Positions 9,246-17,358 are shown, counted from the stretch's first letter. The stretch: 23,684 bases of DNA from Gemmatimonadota bacterium (GCA_039589315.1 JBDHHQ010000068.1:1-23684); one strand, 5' to 3'. Notes: generated by a model not told the origin, from the letters alone. Translations and numbers: made by a program.

Positions 9246-10295
9246 ATGACGAAACGGCGAAGGGGCAGGGAGGCGCGACCCGGCAGAGCAGTGGTTCTCG
9301 CCCTCATGGTCGGAGCGAGCCTGGCTGCTGGCGCGTGCGACGACGATCCCGCGCCCCAGATCGTGATCACGGAGAGGGGCGCCCTGGAGGGGTTGCTCTA
9401 CTTCGACAACGACCGGAACGGTTCCTTTGATCCCGCCGGTGGCGACTTCCCGGTCGTGGGTACGCAGGTGGCGGCGCGGAACCGGGGCAGCACCGAGAAC
9501 GTGGACGGGGCCACCACCGGCACCGACGGGCGATTCGTCATCCAGGGTCTTCCCGTAGGCACGCACGACCTCTGGATCGACACAGCGACCGTGGCCGAGG
9601 GCGTCGTCTACTGTCAGAACCCCATCCCGTTCACGATCTACATCAGCGAGGTGCGATTCCAGGAGTTCGTGGGTTTGAACGGCTGCGTCATCACCATCGC
9701 CGAGGCCGAGTCGAAGGACCCCACCGCGGGTGAGTTCGTGACCATCAAAGGCATCATCACCTCGGCCCCAGGAGAGATCGACGGCGGCGTCGGTGCCATT
9801 CAGGACGCCACGGGCGGGATCAAGACGTTCGACAGCTCGCTGGATGGCGCCGGTCTCGAGCGAGGGGACCTCGTCGAGCTCTCCGGCACGCTGGGCGCCT
9901 TCAGCAACGAGCTCCAGCTGAACGGCGTTACGGTGAACGGCGTCGAGAAGGCAGTGGGCGAGCTCGCACCGGAGCTCACCACCACGGGGGCCATTGCGGC
10001 CGCCGGCCCCCAAGCCAGAGACCGTCTCCAGGGGCTGCTGGCGAAGGTCGAAAAGGCCGAGCTGGTCGAGGCCTTCGGCTCGGGCAGCTTGAACATCCAG
10101 AACGGCCGCATCAACGATGGCAGCGGCACGACCACGATCCGGGTGGATGACGGTGTGTGGGACCGAAACGACCTGGCCAACTTCATGCAGGCCGGAAAGT
10201 GCTACGACATCACGGGCATCCCCTCGAACTTCAACGGCGACGGGCAGATCTTCCCCCGACGCGCGGACGACGTGACCGAGGTTCCTTGCAGCTGA
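9246..10295 (+). CDS. Lipoprotein: one SdrD-B-like domain plus one double OB-fold unit (paralogous to the upstream gene)
   Basis: Probable start ATG 9246 (alternative 9183 overlaps the upstream stop as ATGA); lipobox LAAGAC; DNDRNGSFD loop; IQDATGGI..GDLVELSGTLGAFSNELQL..IRVDD..QIFPR. Confidence 0.75.
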   Translation: MTKRRRGREARPGRAVVLALMVGASLAAGACDDDPAPQIVITERGALEGLLYFDNDRNGSFDPAGGDFPVVGTQVAARNRGSTENVDGATTGTDGRFVIQGLPVGTHDLWIDTATVAEGVVYCQNPIPFTIYISEVRFQEFVGLNGCVITIAEAESKDPTAGEFVTIKGIITSAPGEIDGGVGAIQDATGGIKTFDSSLDGAGLERGDLVELSGTLGAFSNELQLNGVTVNGVEKAVGELAPELTTTGAIAAAGPQARDRLQGLLAKVEKAELVEAFGSGSLNIQNGRINDGSGTTTIRVDDGVWDRNDLANFMQAGKCYDITGIPSNFNGDGQIFPRRADDVTEVPCS

Positions 10296-10360
10296 CCGAG
10301 ACGGGGCACATTGACCCGGCCCCTGACGACGGATCGAATATCCCGAGTGGTGGATCGGAT

Positions 10361-13300
10361 ATGAAGATGACGATTGGAACGCGCAGGCTTCCCCTCACGG
10401 GCCTTTGCACGCTGGTGCTCCTGCTCGGCGCCGACGTCCTGGCGGCTCAGGTCACCACCACCGGAGCGATCCGTGGGCGTGTGATGTCGGCCGAAGGGGC
10501 CGTGATCGGCGAGGCGGCGGTCACCGCGACCGGCATGGAGACGGGCTTCGCCCGAAGCGCCCTCACCAACTCGGAAGGCGTGTACATGATCCGCCTGTTG
10601 CCGCCGGGTCAGTACTCCATCCGGGTCGAGATGGTGGGCTACGGGACCGAGATCCTCGAGGGGATCAACGTCACGCCGGGCACCGTCTCCAACGGGAGCG
10701 TCACGTTGACCGAGCAGGCGCTGGCCGTCGAGGGGATCACGGTCACCAGCCAGCGACGGGAGATCGACGTCACCGACGCCTCGGTCGTCCAGTACGTGGA
10801 GCGCCAGCAGATCGAGGAGCTCCCCTCCAGAGGCCGCGACTTCACGGACTTCATCAACCTGTCGGGTCTGGTGGCCCCGGACCCGGGCGCGACGACCGGT
10901 GGACAGTTCTCCATCGCGGGCCAGCGGGCCTCCCAGACCAATGTCCAGATCGACGGGGTCGACGCGAACAACTCGTTCTTCGGGGAGAACCGGGGCGGCT
11001 CCAGGGTGCCGTTCACGTTCTCCATCGAGTCCATCGAGGAGTTCCAGATCATCACGAACGGCTATGACGTGGAGTACGGTCAATACTCCGGAGGCATCGT
11101 CAACGTGGTGACCCGCGGCGGTCAGAACGACTTCGAGGGCGTGGCCTACGTCAACTACCGAGGCGACGCGCTCACCGGCAGCGACTTCACCGGGGCGGAG
11201 GCGGCCGACTTCGAGGCCACGCAGTTCTCGGTCCGTGCCTCGGGTCCCATCATCCGGAACAAGCTGTTCTACAACGTGTCCGTCGATGGCCAGCGCCGCC
11301 GCGACCCGCAGATCCCTCTGACCCGTGACCGATTCGCCCCCGGAGGAGAGCAGGAGAACCCGGTCGTCTTCGACGAGATCGGGGAGTACTGGAGGATTCT
11401 CGAATCCAACTACGGCATACAGGATCCCGACCTCGGCTACCAGCAGTTCCAGACGACCAACGACGAGCTGGTGTTGTTCGGCCGGGTGGACTGGACCATC
11501 GACAACGTCCACCGCCTGACGGCTCGGTACAACCTCGCCAACTTCGAGAACAAGGACGAATGGGACGGCAACTTCGACTTCCTCTACGGCCAGTCTCGCG
11601 CCGAGCTGTTCGAGAGCAAATCCCACTCGTTCGTGACCGAGCTCCAATCCGTCTTCAATGACAGGGTCTTCAACGTCGCCCGCCTGCAGTTCGCGTACGA
11701 GGATCGGCCCCGGAACGGCAACGACCTGCGTCCCACCCTCACGGTCAACCTCTCGGACGGTCAGCAGATCCGCTACGGCGGCACTTTTGCTGCGTTCCAG
11801 AACCTGCTGCAGGAGCGGAAGCTCCAGTTCATCGACAACCTGAGCATCGTTCAGGACGACCATACGGTGAAGCTGGGTGGGACGGTGCTGTTCACCAACA
11901 TCCGCAACCAGTTCCAGAACTTCGGATCGCAGTTCCAGGGCGCCGGGGCCTACAGCTTCCCCAACCTCGAGGCGTTCGAGAGCTTCGCTCCGTCCTCGTA
12001 TTTCCGGCCTGTCCGGTCAGGTGGTGGCGTCCCCTTCGCGGACTTCGGCGTCATCGAGTGGGGGCTCTACATCCAGGATGAATGGCGTGTGACGCCGCGG
12101 CTGACGGCAACGGCCGGGATTCGGTGGGATATTGCCAAGTACACGGACGCCCCCGGACGGGTGATCGACGCCGAACGGGCGTTCGGGATCCAGACGGGGA
12201 TCGCGCCGGTCGACAACAACAACGTCTCGCCCCGTCTGGCCCTGGCCTACGACTGGAATGGTGAGGGGCGTAGCGTTCTCCGGGCCGGCGTGGGGTACTT
12301 CTACGGCAGGGCGCCCTACGTGCTGGGCGGCAACGTGCAGCAGACCGAGCGACCGGTCCTCGAGGTCAACTGCCTGGGGTCGATCCAGGACGGGGACGCC
12401 AACGCGCCGCCGTCTCCCTCTGGATTCTCGGGCTGGAGCACCAACGGCGACGACAACCCTACGCAGTGTGCCCAGACCGCGGCCGCAGGGATTCCGACCT
12501 ACACGTTCTGGCAAGACAAGTTCGAATACCCCGAGACCTTCAAGGCCAACCTGGGCTTCTCGCAAGCCGTCTCGAACAGCGCGGTGCTCTCCCTGGATCT
12601 TCTGTTCGCCCAGAGCACCAATCTGTACACCGTACGGAACCTCAACCTGCGTGACGTGCAGTTCCAGGTCAGCGGCGAGTCGGGACGCCGAATCTTCCAG
12701 CCCGAAGAGGTCTTCGATCCGTCGGCATCGGACGCCACCGCCAACCTCATCCGTTCCCGGCGCAACCTGGAGCTGGGCGACGTCTTCGTGAACTTCAACG
12801 ACGGCCGCGCCCGTGCGTTCTCGGGAACCGTCGAATGGAGCCAGCGATTGACCGAGACGATGTCCCTGCAGGGTTCGTACACCTACACGAACTCCAGGGA
12901 CAACTCGTCCTACTCGTGCTGCACGGCCGCCGGGGGCTTCACCGATCCGCAGGTGGGCGCGTTCGGTCCGAACGACGTAGGTGGCATCGGGGCCAACGAG
13001 CGTGCGTGGGGTCCCAGCAACTTCATGCGGGAGCACACCTTCATCTTCGCCGGCAACTCCATTCTGCCGTGGGACATCCGCTTCAACTGGTTCTGGCGCT
13101 GGCAGAGCGGCCGGCCGTGGACCCCTGCGGTGTCCGGCGATCTGAACGGAGACGGTGTGCGCTTCAACGACCGGCCTTTCGTGTTCACGCCGGAGTCCCT
13201 GCCGCTGGCCTCGACCGGTACCGAAGCGGAGGAGGAGCGGGCGCTGTACCGGCAGTACCTGGCCGACTGGAGCTGCGTGAGCGACGCCCAGGGTGGAATC

Positions 13301-13618
13301 ATCGATCGGGGCGCCTGCAAGTTCCCCTGGTTCAACAGCCTGGACATCCGGCTGGGGCGCCGGTTCCCGACCGTGAACAACCAGGCCGTTGAAATCCAGA
13401 TCGATTTCTTCAACGTGCTCAACGGGATCAACAGCGACTGGGGCCGTTTCGTGGGCGTGTTCGGCTCGGACCAGAACCTCCTGAACGCCGTGTCCTACGA
13501 TCAGGCCAATGATCAGATCCTGTACTCGGTCCCTTCGGGTTTCGGCGAGGAGGACCAGATCGGAAACAACCTGACGCTGCAGTTCGGCATGCAGCTGGGG
13601 CTCCGGTACTTCTTCTAA
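10361..13618 (+). CDS. TonB-dependent outer-membrane transporter, Oar-like, with N-terminal carboxypeptidase-regulatory-like domain
   Basis: Start revised to ATG 10361 (signal peptide MKMTIGTRRLPLTGLCTLVLLLGADVLAAQ); GAIRGRV...G.Y..LLPPGQY; plug motifs IEELP..GRDF, QIDGVD and EYG..SGG.VNVVT.GG.N; YIQDEW; SPRL; terminal Phe. Confidence 0.92.
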   Translation: MKMTIGTRRLPLTGLCTLVLLLGADVLAAQVTTTGAIRGRVMSAEGAVIGEAAVTATGMETGFARSALTNSEGVYMIRLLPPGQYSIRVEMVGYGTEILEGINVTPGTVSNGSVTLTEQALAVEGITVTSQRREIDVTDASVVQYVERQQIEELPSRGRDFTDFINLSGLVAPDPGATTGGQFSIAGQRASQTNVQIDGVDANNSFFGENRGGSRVPFTFSIESIEEFQIITNGYDVEYGQYSGGIVNVVTRGGQNDFEGVAYVNYRGDALTGSDFTGAEAADFEATQFSVRASGPIIRNKLFYNVSVDGQRRRDPQIPLTRDRFAPGGEQENPVVFDEIGEYWRILESNYGIQDPDLGYQQFQTTNDELVLFGRVDWTIDNVHRLTARYNLANFENKDEWDGNFDFLYGQSRAELFESKSHSFVTELQSVFNDRVFNVARLQFAYEDRPRNGNDLRPTLTVNLSDGQQIRYGGTFAAFQNLLQERKLQFIDNLSIVQDDHTVKLGGTVLFTNIRNQFQNFGSQFQGAGAYSFPNLEAFESFAPSSYFRPVRSGGGVPFADFGVIEWGLYIQDEWRVTPRLTATAGIRWDIAKYTDAPGRVIDAERAFGIQTGIAPVDNNNVSPRLALAYDWNGEGRSVLRAGVGYFYGRAPYVLGGNVQQTERPVLEVNCLGSIQDGDANAPPSPSGFSGWSTNGDDNPTQCAQTAAAGIPTYTFWQDKFEYPETFKANLGFSQAVSNSAVLSLDLLFAQSTNLYTVRNLNLRDVQFQVSGESGRRIFQPEEVFDPSASDATANLIRSRRNLELGDVFVNFNDGRARAFSGTVEWSQRLTETMSLQGSYTYTNSRDNSSYSCCTAAGGFTDPQVGAFGPNDVGGIGANERAWGPSNFMREHTFIFAGNSILPWDIRFNWFWRWQSGRPWTPAVSGDLNGDGVRFNDRPFVFTPESLPLASTGTEAEEERALYRQYLADWSCVSDAQGGIIDRGACKFPWFNSLDIRLGRRFPTVNNQAVEIQIDFFNVLNGINSDWGRFVGVFGSDQNLLNAVSYDQANDQILYSVPSGFGEEDQIGNNLTLQFGMQLGLRYFF

Positions 13619-16080
13619 TGGGGTGGTTCGAGGGTCTAGGTCAGGACATCAGGTACGGGGTCCGCACGCTGGTGCGGGCCCCGATCTTCACGGCCACCGC
13701 CCTGATCACGCTGGCTGTGGGTATCGGTGCCACCACGGCCATCTTCTCGGTGGCGCGAGCAGCCCTGCTCGAGCCGCTTCCCTACCCGGACGAATCTCGG
13801 CTCGCCCGCGTCCAGCAGTCGTGGGAGGGTACGCCGGCAGCCGCCATCTCGCCGGCTGAGTACCTGGATTACGTCGAGGGACTGGAAGGTTTCTCCGATT
13901 TCGGCGTGTATGTGCACGAAGGCTTCGAGGTCGTAGCCGAGGGAGTCCCGGTTCGGGTCCGGGGAACATGGATGAGCCCAGGAGTTCTGGAGGCCCTGGG
14001 AGTCACGCCGACGCTGGGTCGATTCTTCACAGCGGATGAGGACGCCAGGGAAGCTCCAGTGGTCCTCATCAGTGCCGCCATTTGGCGGGAGCGCTTCGGT
14101 GCCAGCCCGGACGTTCTGGGTCGGACGATGGTTCTGAACGGCCGCGAGACCGAGATCATCGGCGTCATGCCGTCCAGCTTCAGGATGCCCGAGCTCGTGC
14201 TTTCCGGGGTGAGCGGGCAGGTCTACCGGCCGCTCGGGATCACGGCGGACGAGATTTCCATGCGCGGCAGCCACTTCCTTCGCGGCGTTGGTCGACTCGC
14301 CTCCGGCGTCACGATGGAGCAAGGTGCAGAGTCCGTAGCGCGTACTGCGGGGCGGATGGGGGAGTCCTTCCCTGACGACTACCCCACGGACATGCGCTTC
14401 GAGGCCACAGCTTTCCCCCTGGCAGAGGACATCCGTGGGCCGGTCCGCTCACCCGTGGTCGCGCTCCTCGGAGCGGTCGTCCTCGTCCTGCTCGTGGCGT
14501 GCGCCAACGTGGCCGGGTTGCTGGTGGCCAGAGGCGAAGGCCGGCGGCAGGAGTTCGGCGTCCGGACCGCTCTCGGCGCAGGGCGGCGCCGACTGGTGGG
14601 ACAGGTCCTGGTGGAGAGCGCCCTTCTCGCGCTGATGGGCGGGGCCCTGGGCGTGTTGCTGGCGCTCTGGGCCACCGCCGCGGTCGGCGCCTTCCTTCCG
14701 CCGAGCCTGGCCTGGCTGGCGGGAGTCCGGGTAGACGGACCCGTGTTGTTGTTCGCCTTGGGGACCACGCTGGTGACAGGGCTCGTGTTCGGGCTCCTTC
14801 CGGCGGTCCGGTCTTCGGCCGGGTCCCTGGTCGCGGCGCTGCACGACGGAGGACGGGGAACCTCGACGGGACCGGGCCGGCAGCACCTTCGGAGCCTTCT
14901 GGTCGTTGCCGAGCTCGCGACCGCACTGGTCCTCCTGGCTGGCGCCGGCGTGCTGACGCGAAGCTTCCTGGGCCTCGTATCGGTGGACCCTGGGTTTCGG
15001 ACCAACGGCGTCACGGCGGTACGCGTCGAGCTGCCGACGGGTCGATATGCAGCCGACGACGACCAGATCCGGTTCTTCCAGCGCCTGGTCCCCCGGCTCG
15101 AGACCATCCCGGGGGTGTCATCGGCGGGGGGAGCCACGGGTCTCCCCCTTACTGGCAGCCTTGGGGACCTGAACTTCCGTATCGAAGGGCGGCCCGTCCC
15201 GGAGGGGGCAGTATCGCCGGCCGCCGACTGGCAGGTCGTGACGCCCGGGTACCTGGAGACAATGAGCCTGCGACTCGTGCGGGGGCGGACCATCGACGAC
15301 CGGGATCGAGCGACTTCGCCGGGAGTCGTGGTCATCAACGAGACCCTGGCCAACCTCCACTGGCCAGGGGAGGACGCGATCGGTCGACGATTCGAGCTCG
15401 GGGGCGGTGCCAGCCCCGGCTGGGTGGAGGTCGTGGGTGTCGTCGGTGACGTTCGGCACGGTCGCCTGGACGAGGCGCGCCGACCCCAGATGTACCTGGC
15501 ACACCCACAGTTCCGGTTCTGGGGTGGCGGAGGCACGGTTCGGTGGATGGAGATAGTGGTGGCATCGTCCCTTCCCTCGACCGAGCTCATCACGCAGATC
15601 CGCGCAGCCATCGGGAGCATCGATCCGGTGCTGGCCGTGGGTCCGTTCCGGACCATGGACGAGGTCCGGTCCACCGCCGTCGCCCTGCCGCGACTGCTCA
15701 TGCTGCTGATGGGTGCTTTCTCGCTGGCGGCCGCCCTGGTGGCAGTCGTGGGGATTTACGGGGTCACGGCGTACGGGGTCGGGCAGAGGAGGAGGGAGTT
15801 CGGCATTCGGATGGCGTTGGGCGCGACTCCGGGTGAGGTGCGGCGCATGGTGTTGGGCCAGGGTCTCCGACTGGCCGGGGTGGGGATCCTGTTGGGCCTA
15901 CTCGGGACGTTGGTGTCGAGGCGTTTGCTCCGTGGGCTCCTGTACGGCGTAGGGACGGGAGACCCAGCCACGCTGGTCGCTGCCGCGACGCTGCTTGCCG
16001 GTGCCGCGCTGGCAGCCAGCCTCGCGCCTGCTCGCCGCGCCACCCGGGTGCAGCCGTCCGAGTCACTCCGGGCCGAGTAG
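13618..16080 (+). CDS. MacB/FtsX-type duplicated ABC permease (ADOP-like orphan permease)
   Basis: QDIRYGVRTL.RAP.FT...TLA.GIGATTAIFS, LLVACANVA.L, two R..EFG.R.ALGA motifs and a PARRA....P...LRAE end; start overlaps the TBDT stop (TAATG). Confidence 0.92.
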   Translation: MGWFEGLGQDIRYGVRTLVRAPIFTATALITLAVGIGATTAIFSVARAALLEPLPYPDESRLARVQQSWEGTPAAAISPAEYLDYVEGLEGFSDFGVYVHEGFEVVAEGVPVRVRGTWMSPGVLEALGVTPTLGRFFTADEDAREAPVVLISAAIWRERFGASPDVLGRTMVLNGRETEIIGVMPSSFRMPELVLSGVSGQVYRPLGITADEISMRGSHFLRGVGRLASGVTMEQGAESVARTAGRMGESFPDDYPTDMRFEATAFPLAEDIRGPVRSPVVALLGAVVLVLLVACANVAGLLVARGEGRRQEFGVRTALGAGRRRLVGQVLVESALLALMGGALGVLLALWATAAVGAFLPPSLAWLAGVRVDGPVLLFALGTTLVTGLVFGLLPAVRSSAGSLVAALHDGGRGTSTGPGRQHLRSLLVVAELATALVLLAGAGVLTRSFLGLVSVDPGFRTNGVTAVRVELPTGRYAADDDQIRFFQRLVPRLETIPGVSSAGGATGLPLTGSLGDLNFRIEGRPVPEGAVSPAADWQVVTPGYLETMSLRLVRGRTIDDRDRATSPGVVVINETLANLHWPGEDAIGRRFELGGGASPGWVEVVGVVGDVRHGRLDEARRPQMYLAHPQFRFWGGGGTVRWMEIVVASSLPSTELITQIRAAIGSIDPVLAVGPFRTMDEVRSTAVALPRLLMLLMGAFSLAAALVAVVGIYGVTAYGVGQRRREFGIRMALGATPGEVRRMVLGQGLRLAGVGILLGLLGTLVSRRLLRGLLYGVGTGDPATLVAAATLLAGAALAASLAPARRATRVQPSESLRAE

Positions 16081-16158
16081 GTTCGGGCGTTGGCACCCGC
16101 GGCGCGTGGCGTACGAGCCGTGCGGTGCGTCGTCCGATGACATCGTCCCCTCACGAAG

Positions 16159-16194
16159 AAGGCCCCCGGGATCTCAGAGATCCCGGGGGCCTTT
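16159..16194. terminator. Probably bidirectional intrinsic terminator between the permease operon and the tRNA array
   Basis: Perfect 16-bp stem AAGGCCCCCGGGATCT/AGATCCCGGGGGCCTT with a 3-nt loop and short T runs on both strands. Confidence 0.85.
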
Positions 16195-16206
16195 GTTCGT
16201 GCGAAG

Positions 16207-16288
16207 CGGAGCGGGAGGGACTCGAACCCCCAAGCCCGTTAGGGCGCCCGCTTTCGAGGCGGGTGCATTACCATTCTGCCACCGCTCC
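16207..16288 (-). tRNA. tRNA-Ser(CGA)
   Basis: Cloverleaf GGAGCGG/CCGCTCC; anticodon arm CCCGC-CTCGAAA-GCGGG; long variable arm; G73. Confidence 0.93.
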
Positions 16289-16355
16289 GGAGCGGTAGTG
16301 GGGCCCGAGGATTCTCTCCGGCTCCCGGCTCGACCACGATGGGTCGTCCACCATA

Positions 16356-16472
16356 CCAGTCGGGGCGCCCGGATTGATCTGCGGTCGGCTCGCGCCGATC
16401 CTCGATCGTCTCGCGGACCACCCCTCGAATTCGCCTTCGCTCTACACCGGCCAGGCCGCTCGGCTCGAACCG
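16356..16472 (-). repeat. 3'-end copy of tRNA-Pro(CGG) with a 90-nt insert in the T-loop (tRNA-linked repeat)
   Basis: 20-bp direct repeat CCAGTCGGGGCGCCCGGATT at 16356 and 16517; insert 16375-16464; T-arm 5' side TCGAACCG at 16465-16472. Confidence 0.8.
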
Positions 16473-16520
16473 TCTGTTCGAACCCGGGCGCCGTCAACGG
16501 TCAGGCGTCTATCCTTCCAG

Positions 16521-16594
16521 TCGGGGCGCCCGGATTCGAACCGGGGACCTCTGCGTCCCGAACGCAGCGCTCTACCGGACTGAGCCACGCCCCG
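16521..16594 (-). tRNA. tRNA-Pro(CGG)
   Basis: CGGGGCG/CGCCCCG acceptor; anticodon arm CTGCG-TTCGGGA-CGCAG; A73. Confidence 0.95.
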
Positions 16595-16609
16595 TCTTTG
16601 TCGTTCCCG

Positions 16610-16768
16610 CCAGGCGCCCGGATGGAGCTCGTCGGCTGCGCCTCCTCGCTCGTCTCGCGGACGATCCTTCTGATTCGCTTTCGCTCTGCCACCTGCTGGG
16701 CCGCTCGGCTCGAACCGGGGACCTCTGCGTCTCGAACGCAGCGCTCTACCGGACTGAGCCACGCCCCG
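16610..16768 (-). pseudogene. Interrupted tRNA-Pro-derived copy (anticodon CGA, 86-nt T-loop insert, damaged acceptor 3' strand)
   Basis: 16710-16768 matches 16536-16594 at 58/59 nt (only the anticodon differs, CGG to CGA); insert 16624-16709; the remainder at 16610-16623 matches the tRNA 3' end at 12/14. Confidence 0.8.
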
Positions 16769-16820
16769 TTCCCTGCTGTCGACCCGAAGACGTACGTCGG
16801 CTTCGGGGCCTTCCTACGAG

Positions 16821-16906
16821 CGGACGGGGTGGGATTCGAACCCACGAGGGTGTTTAGCCCCACACGATTTCCAATCGTGCGCCTTAAGCCACTCGGCCAC
16901 CCGTCC
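16821..16906 (-). tRNA. tRNA-Ser(GGA)
   Basis: Anticodon arm CACGA-TTGGAAA-TCGTG; long variable arm. Confidence 0.95.
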
Positions 16907-17004
16907 GAAACCAAGGCTGAGGCAAGGGAACCTCGCGGTTCCTGGGCGCCCCCTGGAACGGAGTCGGCCAGGTCCGGCTGGCGCCGCCAACCGCGGGATT
17001 GGAA

Positions 17005-17090
17005 CGGAGGGGGTGGGATTCGAACCCACGAGGCGATCTCTCGCCAACGCCTTAGCAGGGCGCCGCCTTAAGCCACTCGGCCACCCCTCC
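17005..17090 (-). tRNA. tRNA-Ser(GCT)
   Basis: Anticodon arm GCGCC-CTGCTAA-GGCGT; long variable arm. Confidence 0.95.
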
Positions 17091-17139
17091 AATGCGTACC
17101 GTACCCGAACGCTTGCCTCGCTCGGGCCGTTCTGTCAAG

Positions 17140-17212
17140 TAGCCCCGCCTGGGTTCGAACCAGGACTCTTCTGATCCAGAGTCAGACGTGTTGCCAATTA
17201 CACCACGGGGCT
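17140..17212 (-). tRNA. tRNA-Gln(CTG)
   Basis: Anticodon arm TCTGA-CTCTGGA-TCAGA; acceptor AGCCCCG/CGGGGCT. Confidence 0.93.
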
Positions 17213-17274
17213 ATTGATCCTCACCGCCATCGCCGCCGGCCCGGGTCGTCGAACCTACCCTGGCCGGCGACAAG

Positions 17275-17347
17275 AGCCACCACTCGGACTTGAACCGAGG
17301 ACCCCGTCATTACGAATGACGTGCTCTACCAGCTGAGCTATGGTGGC
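17275..17347 (-). tRNA. tRNA-Thr(CGT)
   Basis: Anticodon arm CGTCA-TTCGTAA-TGACG. Confidence 0.95.
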
Positions 17348-17358
17348 GCTTTCGTCAG

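Noticed and set aside
10157..10360. N-terminal extension of the TBDT in the ORF track
   Set aside because: It overlaps the upstream lipoprotein gene; the signal peptide begins at ATG 10361.
7609..13036. Long antisense ORFs (7609-8850, 9102-10013, 10202-11863, 12017-13036)
   Set aside because: These are shadow frames of high-GC genes whose sense-strand products have clear family motifs.
16375..16709. Group I or group II intron in tRNA
   Set aside because: The inserts are only 86-90 nt with no recognisable P7 or domain V core; kept only as an unexplained insert.
16356..16768. Repeats with intervening sequence resembling a mini CRISPR array
   Set aside because: The repeats are tRNA-Pro fragments with irregular spacing, the 'spacers' are homologous to each other, and there are no cas genes.
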